From positions 647 through 64,646 of the forward strand of contig JAZBPW010000114.1 of NCBI GenBank assembly GCA_036351795.1: a DNA stretch of 64,000 bases. Reading direction: 5' to 3'. Source of the DNA: Candidatus Zhuqueibacterota bacterium (GTDB lineage: Bacteria > Zhuqueibacterota > Zhuqueibacteria > Thermofontimicrobiales > Thiofontviventaceae). This document shows, piece after piece, positions 9,952 through 18,280 of the stretch. A model generated the notes under the pieces. That model saw only the letters and a program-made list of their open reading frames with translations. It did no database searches and had not been told where the DNA came from. Numbering within the stretch: position 1 is the stretch's first letter; each line of letters begins with the position of its first letter. The position numbers and the translations under genes were made by a program.

Positions 9952-11748
9952 ATGAAGGAGTACGACATGCGAAATCATGTAACGGCGCTATCATTCATTC
10001 TGCTATTCATTCTTATATTCGGTGCAGCGAATGCGCAACAGTCGTTTTACGTCTCTCCCGGCGGAGATGATGACAATCCAGGGACACTGATCAGACCATT
10101 TGCGACCATTGCGAAGGCACAGCGCGCTGTACGGCGCATCAATTCGGACATGCGCTCTGATATTGTCGTCTATTTGCGAGGGGGCCGTTATCAACTGTCA
10201 AGCACTTTGAAGTTTGACGCGCGCGATTCCGGCAGCAATGGCCACCGCGTGATCTATTCCGCTTATCAGGATGAAGTACCGGTGATCAGTGGCGGTGTGA
10301 CTATACGTAAGTGGGGAAAAGGGAAAAACGGCGTGTACACCAGCAGGTCACAAGGCACGTTCCGTCAGCTTTACGTGAACGGTCGGCGCGCCATCAGGGC
10401 CAGAACACCAGACGCCGGTTCCTATCATCGTCTCAAACTATGGAATGAACGCGACCGCGAGATCATCATCGACAGCACGCTGATACGACGATGGAGTAAT
10501 TTTCGACATGTGGAGATGATCCCGCAACTGCACTGGGCCGAGGCTATTCTGCCGCTGGAATCTTTCGAAAAAGCAGGACCCTATGCCCATGTCGTGCCTC
10601 AGGAACCTGAGCGTGCGCTCATATTCAAACGGATGTACCCGGTTAAATCAGAAAACGAGGCGTTTCATTTCGAAAACGCCCTTGAATTCCTCGATCAGCC
10701 CGGCGAATGGTACCACGATCCGGTTTCGAAAAAGCTCTACTACAGACCCCGTTCCGGCGAGGACATGCAGACTGCAATAGTGATCGCCCCTGAGCTGGAG
10801 ACACTCATACAAATAACCGGCACATTCGACGATCCAGTTCATCATCTCACTTTCACGGGGATCACATTCTCCCACGCCGGATGGAACCTTCCCCGCGATA
10901 CCGGCATGTTGAGCACGCAGGCCGGATTTTACAGCATCAGGGTAGAAGGCAGCAATGTGCAGTATTTCTCCAGACCACCCGCTGCGGTCTACGTCGCGGC
11001 AGCACATCATCTCAGGTTTGAACGAAACCATTTCACACACCTGGGCGCCACCGGTCTCGATCTGCACTATGGCACCCATGATGATGTGATCATTGGCAAT
11101 GTGTTCGAAGATATTTCCGGGAATGGTATGCTGCACGCGCGATTTTCAGGACCGGACGAGAAACACACGCGCTTGTACAATCCCGATGATATGAGAGACA
11201 TCTGCGCGAACGATACCATCAGCAACAATATCGTAACGCGGATCGGCAGAGACTATCCCGGATGCTGCGGCATCGCATGCGGATTTCCCAGGGCAGTGAT
11301 CATCGAACATAACGATATCTTCGACCTGCCGTATACAGGCATCAGCGTTGGCTGGTCATGGATGGACGAAGACAATGTGATGCAAGACAATCAGATCCGG
11401 TACAATCACATCTACAATGTGGTGACACTACTGTGCGACGGCGGAGGGATCTACACGCTGTCGAAGCAGCCGAACAGCATGATCAAGGAGAACTATATTC
11501 ACGATATCTACCGTTCACAATGGGCGGTCGGTTCTCTGAACAACGGTATCTTCCTGGACCAGGGCAGTAACGGACTCACCCTGGAACGCAATGTCTTTGA
11601 GAATATTCAGGAAGGAACGATCCGGCATCATGATACGAGCACGATCGTTTCAATAAAAAACGACACACAGGATCAGCGCGTGAAGGATAACGCCGGCTTG
11701 ACTCCGGCGTTTCACGATATTCGATCCCGTCTTTCACAACTGGAATGA
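9952..11748 (+). CDS. Secreted right-handed parallel beta-helix repeat protein (pectate-lyase-fold polysaccharide-active enzyme candidate)
   Basis: Signal peptide ends ANAQQ. It is followed by FYVSPGGDDDNPGTLIRPFATIAKAQ and repeated hNNxh/GGGIY beta-helix turns. Confidence 0.7.
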   Translation: MKEYDMRNHVTALSFILLFILIFGAANAQQSFYVSPGGDDDNPGTLIRPFATIAKAQRAVRRINSDMRSDIVVYLRGGRYQLSSTLKFDARDSGSNGHRVIYSAYQDEVPVISGGVTIRKWGKGKNGVYTSRSQGTFRQLYVNGRRAIRARTPDAGSYHRLKLWNERDREIIIDSTLIRRWSNFRHVEMIPQLHWAEAILPLESFEKAGPYAHVVPQEPERALIFKRMYPVKSENEAFHFENALEFLDQPGEWYHDPVSKKLYYRPRSGEDMQTAIVIAPELETLIQITGTFDDPVHHLTFTGITFSHAGWNLPRDTGMLSTQAGFYSIRVEGSNVQYFSRPPAAVYVAAAHHLRFERNHFTHLGATGLDLHYGTHDDVIIGNVFEDISGNGMLHARFSGPDEKHTRLYNPDDMRDICANDTISNNIVTRIGRDYPGCCGIACGFPRAVIIEHNDIFDLPYTGISVGWSWMDEDNVMQDNQIRYNHIYNVVTLLCDGGGIYTLSKQPNSMIKENYIHDIYRSQWAVGSLNNGIFLDQGSNGLTLERNVFENIQEGTIRHHDTSTIVSIKNDTQDQRVKDNAGLTPAFHDIRSRLSQLE

Positions 11749-11802
11749 TGATCAGTGGACAGAAGTCTTTACGACCTCACTTCATTTATACAGGGATAAA
11801 TC

Positions 11803-13254
11803 ATGTTACGTTTCTTTTTTTCAATCCTCATCATACTGACAGCGAGTAATGCCTGTGCGCAACGCGCGTCTGAAGCCGCAATCGATATCGGGACGCGCTG
11901 GGAGCTATTCGTGGACAAATTTCTCATCGATGATATGTCCAATACAGGGTTAAAGCTACACCATCCGGAACGTCGCGACGTTGTTTTTCAGGGTGAAATG
12001 CCATGGGAGGACAATACCATGAGTTTCGTGAGAGTGCTTCGCGACGGAGAACGCGTACGGTTATACTATCGTTCCATGATGGTGGACAGAGACGATAAGC
12101 GGGTGCCCGCATACGCAATGGCGGAAAGTTACGATAATGGTCTCACTTTCAGCCGGCCGGAACTCAGCATCGTCGAATTTCAGGGTTCGAGTGCGAATAA
12201 TCTGCTCCGCATCGGCGAGGTGCCCACCATACCGCCGCCGTTCATCGATACCAATCCGGACTGTCTGCCTGAGCAGCGATACAAGGGATTGAGTGGCGAG
12301 TGGAAGATGTGTTTCGCCATGTGCTCCCCGGACGGCATTCACTGGCACAGGATGCACGAGGATACGCTGGAAATGGATGGTACATTCGATACGGTGAACA
12401 CCGCTTTCTGGGATCCACGGATCGGTGCCTATCGCTCCTTCACCCGGTACTTCGAAAATCTGAAAGAGGACTCGGACGAAGATGATGTGCTTGGTCCACA
12501 ACCCACGGTCGTGCGCGCGATACAGAGCTCCACATCAAAAGATTTCATTCACTGGACAAAGGTGATGCACCACCGCTATGCTGATGATTATCCCTTTCAG
12601 ATGTATACAAATTCGACGCAGCCGTGTCCCGGCGCGGAGCATCTCTATATCGCATTTCCGAACAGATACGTGCAGGAACGCATCGTGAAGCCGGATCACC
12701 CCTATCCCGGCATGAACGACGCCGTGTTCATGTCCAGCCGCGACTGTCTCCACTGGAAACGTTTTCCGGAGGCATGGGTGCGGCCTGGTCTGGACGACAA
12801 GAACTGGACGGACAGGAATAATTATCCGGCATGGGGTATTATAGAGACATCGCCCCTTGAATGGTCCATGTATATCAGCGAACATTACAGACACCCTGAG
12901 GTGAGACCCCGCTTGCGGCGGCTGTCCATCAGGCCGATGGGGTTTGTCTCTGTGCACGCGCAATATGAAAGAGGCGAAATGATCACCAAACCGATGATCG
13001 TGGGCGGGAATCAATTGGTGATCAACTTTTCCACGAGTGCGATCGGTTTCATTAAAGTCGAGATCATGGATGTCGACGGCGTTCCGATCGATAATTTCCG
13101 GCTGAATGACATGGCACCCATATTCGGTGATTCATTGGAGCGTATTGTAAAATGGGGTAAAAACAGCGATCTCCCGGCTCTAAAAGGAATGACAGTGCGC
13201 ATGCGATTCGTCATGAGCGACGCGGATATTTACGCGATGCGGTTCAGGGATTGA
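11803..13254 (+). CDS. Secreted hypothetical protein (beta-propeller glycosidase-like)
   Basis: Signal peptide MLRFFFSILIILTASNACAQ. W/D-rich repeated blocks suggest a propeller fold, but the function is unassigned. Confidence 0.5.
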   Translation: MLRFFFSILIILTASNACAQRASEAAIDIGTRWELFVDKFLIDDMSNTGLKLHHPERRDVVFQGEMPWEDNTMSFVRVLRDGERVRLYYRSMMVDRDDKRVPAYAMAESYDNGLTFSRPELSIVEFQGSSANNLLRIGEVPTIPPPFIDTNPDCLPEQRYKGLSGEWKMCFAMCSPDGIHWHRMHEDTLEMDGTFDTVNTAFWDPRIGAYRSFTRYFENLKEDSDEDDVLGPQPTVVRAIQSSTSKDFIHWTKVMHHRYADDYPFQMYTNSTQPCPGAEHLYIAFPNRYVQERIVKPDHPYPGMNDAVFMSSRDCLHWKRFPEAWVRPGLDDKNWTDRNNYPAWGIIETSPLEWSMYISEHYRHPEVRPRLRRLSIRPMGFVSVHAQYERGEMITKPMIVGGNQLVINFSTSAIGFIKVEIMDVDGVPIDNFRLNDMAPIFGDSLERIVKWGKNSDLPALKGMTVRMRFVMSDADIYAMRFRD

Positions 13255-13312
13255 TCGTTTCAAAAAGATCAGACAGGACAACAGGATGAACATAATAAGG
13301 TAATAAGGTCGG

Positions 13313-13400
13313 ATTTCAGCACCGTTAGGTGCGACATATTTATAGCTGGATTGAATTCGTACGTTTTATAAGTGCCGTAGGCACGATATATGATAGCATA
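13313..13400. repeat. Two copies of a short hairpin unit with compensatory stem changes
   Basis: cagCACCgttaGGTGcgacatatttatagc versus aagTGCCgtaGGCAcgatatatgatagc. The stems are GCACC/GGTGC versus GTGCC/GGCAC, i.e. two covarying pairs, and the tail GAyATAT..ATAGC is conserved. Confidence 0.6.
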
Positions 13401-13480
13401 ATAATTTCAGATTGTTACATAATGTGATTGAATCGTAAGGTTGACGCGCATGCGCAAAGCGGGAAGGATCCAGAATAAAG

Positions 13481-13688
13481 CATTATTAACGCGCATTGGC
13501 AAACATCTTGTCTGGATTCCCGCTAACAGCATGCGGGAATGACAACGGGGAATGATCGATGCGTAAGTGAATGTCATCACCGCACAACTACGCGGGAGGG
13601 AATCAGTAGGAGTCATTGTTAACGCGCATTGGCAAACATCTTGTCTGGATTCCCGCCAAAAGCATGCGGGAATGACAACGAGGAATGA
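13481..13688. repeat. Two 75-nt direct repeats (13481-13555, 13614-13688; 71/75 identical), each with an ATTCCCGC/GCGGGAAT hairpin
   Basis: Hand alignment of cattRttaacgcgcattggcaaacatcttgtctggattcccgc...gcgggaatgacaacgRggaatga. A degenerate inverted partial copy lies near 13455-13475. Confidence 0.8.
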
Positions 13689-13737
13689 ACTGAGCACATG
13701 TGAGCTGTATCTTTTAACAACGATTTAAGGGAAAGTC

Positions 13738-15522
13738 ATGCACATCATCGATTTGACAATCATCTTGTTATATGTCGTTGTCGTTGTCATCAGCGGTGTC
13801 GTCCTTTCAAGGCGCGCCGCACAGAACATCGACAGTTATTTTCTCGGCGGAAAGTCCGTGCCCTGGTATCTCCTGGGAATTTCCAATGCCTCTTCCATGT
13901 TCGACATCAGTGGGACTATGTGGCTGGTCTACATGGTCTTCGTCTACGGCATGAAAGGGCTCTGGATGCCGTGGATGTGGCCGACATTCAACCAGGTCTT
14001 CTTCATGATCTACATTGCCATCTGGGTGCGCCGCTCCGGCGTGCTCACCGGCGCCGAGTGGATCGCCACCAGATTCGGCAAAGGAAGGGGCAGCGAGCTT
14101 TCCAGCCTCAGCGTGACGGTATTCGCACTGGTCTCCGTGATCGGTTTGCTCACATACGCATTTCGTGGTATCGGAAAATTCGCCGCCATATTCTTCCCCT
14201 GGGAGCTATCAGCCAATGTCTATGCCATCATCTTCATGACGATAACGACAATCTATGTATTGCTTGGCGGTATGTACAGTGTTGTGCTGACGGACCTCAT
14301 CCAGTTCATCCTGTTGAGTATCACCTCTATCATCATCGGCATCATCGCTCTGTCCAAGGTATCTCCGGAAGCACTCAAGGCAGCGGTTCCGGAAGGCTGG
14401 CTGGACATGTCATTCGGGTGGCATTTGAATCTCGACTGGTCTGATTTGGTTCCGGCTGTGAACGATCAGATCTCATCCGATGGTTATGGCCTGTTTTTCA
14501 TCTTCTTCTGCATGATCGTTTTCAAGGGCATTCTCAACAGTATGGCGGGGCCGGTTCCGACTTTTGACATGCAGCGCATGCTGGCCGCGAAAACGCCGAA
14601 GGAGGCCGGGCTGATGAACGGCATCGTATCCGTCGCCATCATTCCCAGATGGGTCATGGTACCAGCCGTGGCAACGCTTGCCGTTGTCCATTTCACGCCG
14701 GAGCTGAATGCCATGGGTGGGAATATCGATTTTGAGCTTGTTCTGCCCTACGTGATCAATCGATTCATTCCTGTCGGGGTCATGGGCCTGCTGCTCGCTG
14801 GATTATTGGCCGCGTTTATGTCCACATTCGACTCAACCGTCAACTGTGGCGCGGCCTACATCGTCAACGACATCTATAAAAAATATATCAATCCCAGGGG
14901 AAATGATAAACAGTATGTGATTGCCAGCTACATCGCCTCCATCTCACTGGTCTTATTGGGCATCCTGTTCGGTTTTTTACCCAACAGCATCAATGCGATC
15001 ACAGAATGGATCGTCTTCGGCCTTGCCGGCGGATACACAGCACCGAATATCTTGCGATGGCACTGGTGGCGTTTCAACGGCTATGGTTATTTCTGGGGTA
15101 TGATGAGCGGCGTGATCTTCGCGATATCTTTCGGCATGCTGTTTCCCGACATCTCATCGGTAAACAGTTTCCCCCTCATACTGGCCTTTTCCACTCTTTC
15201 CAGCATAGTCGCCAGTCTGCTCACAAAGCCGGATGATGAGGAGACATTGAAAAAGTTCTACATACAGGTCAAACCGTGGGGCTGGTGGCAGCCGATTTAC
15301 GATAAGGTGGCGCATGAACAACCGGGCCTCAAAAAGAATGCCAACGCTGCCAGGGATCTCACAAATGTTGCGGTGGGCACTGTGTGGAAGCTCTGCTTAA
15401 GGATCATTCCCGTCTTTCTGATCGTATATCGTTTCACATCGATGTGGATCGCCATAGGGATTGCGGTCATTACGACGGTTTATCTCAAAAAGAACTGGTA
15501 TGACAAGCTGGATGAAAATTGA
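13738..15522 (+). CDS. Sodium:solute symporter family (SSF) transporter, second copy
   Basis: 594 aa, polytopic, with an SSF-like N-terminus (SYFLGGKSVPWYLLGIS). Confidence 0.85.
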   Translation: MHIIDLTIILLYVVVVVISGVVLSRRAAQNIDSYFLGGKSVPWYLLGISNASSMFDISGTMWLVYMVFVYGMKGLWMPWMWPTFNQVFFMIYIAIWVRRSGVLTGAEWIATRFGKGRGSELSSLSVTVFALVSVIGLLTYAFRGIGKFAAIFFPWELSANVYAIIFMTITTIYVLLGGMYSVVLTDLIQFILLSITSIIIGIIALSKVSPEALKAAVPEGWLDMSFGWHLNLDWSDLVPAVNDQISSDGYGLFFIFFCMIVFKGILNSMAGPVPTFDMQRMLAAKTPKEAGLMNGIVSVAIIPRWVMVPAVATLAVVHFTPELNAMGGNIDFELVLPYVINRFIPVGVMGLLLAGLLAAFMSTFDSTVNCGAAYIVNDIYKKYINPRGNDKQYVIASYIASISLVLLGILFGFLPNSINAITEWIVFGLAGGYTAPNILRWHWWRFNGYGYFWGMMSGVIFAISFGMLFPDISSVNSFPLILAFSTLSSIVASLLTKPDDEETLKKFYIQVKPWGWWQPIYDKVAHEQPGLKKNANAARDLTNVAVGTVWKLCLRIIPVFLIVYRFTSMWIAIGIAVITTVYLKKNWYDKLDEN

Positions 15523-15618
15523 TGATACGATTCGCGTTACGCCGGACAAAAAACACCTTGCATTTTACTATGAAATCATGTTTATTTACGATATCCGTAT
15601 AAACCAAAGGAGCTACAT

Positions 15619-16866
15619 ATGAGTCATTTTAAAATCAAACACACGGTTGTTGATCGATTTTTGCGATACATTAAATACGACACACAGTCTGCCGAAGAAT
15701 CGGAGACGTATCCCAGCACCATGAAACAGAAGAAGCTGGGCGAATTGCTGGTTAAGGAACTGAAAGATATGGGATTGAAAAGCGTAAAGATGGACAAATA
15801 TGGCTATGTCACTGCCACGCTGCCAGCCAATGTAAAGAAGGATATCCCGGTGATCGGGTTTATCGCGCACATGGATACATCGCCGGATGTTTCCGGGAAA
15901 AATGTGAAGGCTGTGATGCATAAAAATTATCAGGGTGCTGATCTCGTGCTGCCCGCCGACAAATCGCAGGTGATCAGATTCTATGACAATCCTGCTTTGA
16001 AGAAGCAGATGGGAAACGATATCATCACCACGGATGGCACAACGTTGCTCGGGGCTGATAATAAGGCCGGTATCGCAGAGATTTTCGACGCCATGAATTT
16101 CCTCATCACGCATCCTGAAGTGAAGCATGGCAAGATTCGGGTGGCAATTACCCCGGACGAAGAGGTCGGCATGGGGACAAAATATTTCAATGTGAAGTCA
16201 TTCGGCGCAAAATACGCGTATACAATCGACGGTGAGAGCGCCGGTGAGATGGAAAATGAGACCTTTTGCGCGGATAGCGTCGATCTCACTGTGCACGGCC
16301 TGAACGTACATCCCGGCTATGCCAAAGGCAAAATGGTTAACGCTATTAAGATATTATCGGAAATCATATCCAGGCTTCCCAAAGGCCGTTTGTCACCAGA
16401 GACCACGCATAAACGTCAGGGATATGTACATCCGAACAGCATGGAAGGCGGCGTGGAGACAGCCTCGGCAAAATTCCTGATCCGCGATTTCACGGTCGAA
16501 GGCCTGGAGCAGCATGAGGCAACGCTCAAAGAGATATGCGAAAAGGTGATGTCGAAATATCCCAAAGCAAAATATGATTTCGATGTCAAGGAATCATACC
16601 GCAATATGCGCTACGAGCTTGACAAGGTGCCAGAGGTCATCGACAACGCCATGGAGGCAATCCGCAGAAGTGGCATGAAACCAAATCTGGGTATCATCCG
16701 AGGCGGCACGGATGGCGCCATGCTCTCCTATCGCGGTCTTCCGACGCCCAATATCTTCACCGGAGGTCACAATTTTCATTCCAAGCTGGAATGGATCTCC
16801 GTCCAGGACATGAAAAAAGCTGTGGAGGTGATCATCAATCTAGCAGCTATCTGGGCAGAAGATTGA
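15619..16866 (+). CDS. pepT: Peptidase T (tripeptide aminopeptidase, M20B)
   Basis: AAGGAG lies upstream of the ATG. The N-terminus VVDRFLRYIKYDTQS, the blocks GFIAHMDTSPD, LLGADNKAG and ITPDEEVG, and the 415-aa length all fit PepT. Confidence 0.9.
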   Translation: MSHFKIKHTVVDRFLRYIKYDTQSAEESETYPSTMKQKKLGELLVKELKDMGLKSVKMDKYGYVTATLPANVKKDIPVIGFIAHMDTSPDVSGKNVKAVMHKNYQGADLVLPADKSQVIRFYDNPALKKQMGNDIITTDGTTLLGADNKAGIAEIFDAMNFLITHPEVKHGKIRVAITPDEEVGMGTKYFNVKSFGAKYAYTIDGESAGEMENETFCADSVDLTVHGLNVHPGYAKGKMVNAIKILSEIISRLPKGRLSPETTHKRQGYVHPNSMEGGVETASAKFLIRDFTVEGLEQHEATLKEICEKVMSKYPKAKYDFDVKESYRNMRYELDKVPEVIDNAMEAIRRSGMKPNLGIIRGGTDGAMLSYRGLPTPNIFTGGHNFHSKLEWISVQDMKKAVEVIINLAAIWAED

Positions 16867-16897
16867 TACACAGCAGGACAAGATCTTGTGTATTTTA
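16866..16897 (+). terminator. Weak intrinsic terminator candidate after pepT
   Basis: AT-rich 7-bp stem ATACACA(16866-16872)/TGTGTAT(16887-16893) followed by TTT. Confidence 0.35.
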
Positions 16898-17072
16898 TCT
16901 GAATGCATCGGTGAGGCATGAGCGATAAATTTAGAGATCATCTTCATCGGTGAATATATACAACCCGCTACAATGGGAATATGATGAATACAATAAATGA
17001 TGGTTGATCGAATTGTTGTAGAAACATGATGAATCCTTTCATACGAATATTACAAATTATTATTTTGGGCAA

Positions 17073-17774
17073 ATGATGAAAACAATCGGATTAATCGGGG
17101 GCATGAGCTGGGAATCCACTGTCAGCTATTACAAGGCCATCAACGAAGGAGTAAAGGCACGTCTTGGTGGCCTTCATTCAGCCAAAATTTGCATGGTTAG
17201 TGTTGATTTTCATGAGATTGAAATCATGCAGCATCGAGGCGACTGGGACGCGACTTCTAATATTCTGGTCAAAGCCGCGCGTTCTGTCGAAGCCGGTGGC
17301 GCAGATTTTCTACTCATATGCACCAATACCATGCATAAAGTGGCGCCACAGATAGAAGCAGCCGTCACTATCCCGGTGCTGCATATTGCCGATGCCACGG
17401 CCGAAAAATTAAAAACAGACGGCATCAGTCGCGTTGGACTGCTCGGCACCAGATTCACCATGGAACAGGAATTTTACAAAGACAGAATAAAAGATAAATT
17501 CGACATCGATGTTTTGATCCCGAATGATCAGGAACGCGATATCATTCACAGCATCATCTATGACGAACTCTGTCTTGGAAAGATAGAGAGTGAATCCCGT
17601 GAACAGTATATCGGGATCATCGAAGCGTTGCATGCAAAGGGCGCGCAGGCAGTGATACTCGGCTGTACCGAAATCGCGCTGCTTGTTCAACAGGAGCATA
17701 CCGAAGTGTCATTGTACGACACAGCTGCCATTCATGCCGCAGCCGCAGTCGACATGTCATTAATTCATGAGTAA
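17073..17774 (+). CDS. Aspartate/glutamate-racemase-family amino-acid racemase (YgeA-like)
   Basis: MKTIGLIGGMSWESTVSYY N-terminus plus the LICTNTMH and ILGCTE cysteine blocks of the Asp/Glu racemase superfamily. 233 aa. Confidence 0.85.
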   Translation: MMKTIGLIGGMSWESTVSYYKAINEGVKARLGGLHSAKICMVSVDFHEIEIMQHRGDWDATSNILVKAARSVEAGGADFLLICTNTMHKVAPQIEAAVTIPVLHIADATAEKLKTDGISRVGLLGTRFTMEQEFYKDRIKDKFDIDVLIPNDQERDIIHSIIYDELCLGKIESESREQYIGIIEALHAKGAQAVILGCTEIALLVQQEHTEVSLYDTAAIHAAAAVDMSLIHE

Positions 17775-17831
17775 CCACGGTCAGCTTTTTTATCCACTCA
17801 ATCGGTCCTACAAGACAATAAAAAAAAATGC

Positions 17832-17859
17832 TTGACTTTTACAAAAAATGTATTATATT
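17832..17859 (+). promoter_or_regulatory. Sigma-70-like promoter candidate for the ATP-grasp/KamA operon
   Basis: TTGACT (17832-17837), a 16-nt spacer, then TATATT (17854-17859). An A-tract lies upstream. Confidence 0.35.
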
Positions 17860-17943
17860 CAGTCGCTTTCCAATCACATTTCAATCAGCATCATATTCAT
17901 GTGATGAGGCAATTTCGATTGAATCTCAACTAAGGAATTAGAA

Positions 17944-18267
17944 ATGATTAAAGAGACTGATGGCAGATTCCGCCCGCCAAATAAAAATGAATTCGAGGAT
18001 GAGGATGACAAACCCCCATCCATAGCACTTTCGGATCAGACGAATCCGCTCCCCTCTGATGCAGGGATATGTTCTCTGACCCCGCGTGACAGTTCCCTGG
18101 ATATATGCTCAAACGGTTTAGCACGCACTTTTCTGAGACCCGTCAAAGATTATCCGAGCAATTTTCTGATGCAATTTTTACAGCAGGTGAATTTAAGAAA
18201 TAGTCCATTCGATACCGATATGAAATATTGTATCGTTGATGTGACTGCTGTAAATGAGCCAAATTAA
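17944..18267 (+). CDS. Small (107 aa) acidic, Pro/Ser/Asp-rich protein; first gene of the ATP-grasp operon (candidate substrate/precursor or accessory protein)
   Basis: AAGGA (17932-17936) lies 7 nt before the ATG. The stop falls 13 nt before the SD-led start of the next gene. I recognise no homology, so coding status is uncertain. Confidence 0.4.
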   Translation: MIKETDGRFRPPNKNEFEDEDDKPPSIALSDQTNPLPSDAGICSLTPRDSSLDICSNGLARTFLRPVKDYPSNFLMQFLQQVNLRNSPFDTDMKYCIVDVTAVNEPN

Positions 18268-18280
18268 CCGGAGGCTCACA

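Noticed and set aside
13481-13688. Possible CRISPR array (direct repeats with a spacer)
   Set aside because: There are only two copies, the units are 75 nt long with a 133-nt period, no cas genes are present in the window, and the repeat is a REP-like hairpin unit.
13407-13697. 96-aa minus-strand ORF in the 13.3-13.7 kb spacer
   Set aside because: Its sequence is simply the two 75-nt repeats and hairpins translated (duplicated peptide segments). It has no start context and no coding signal.
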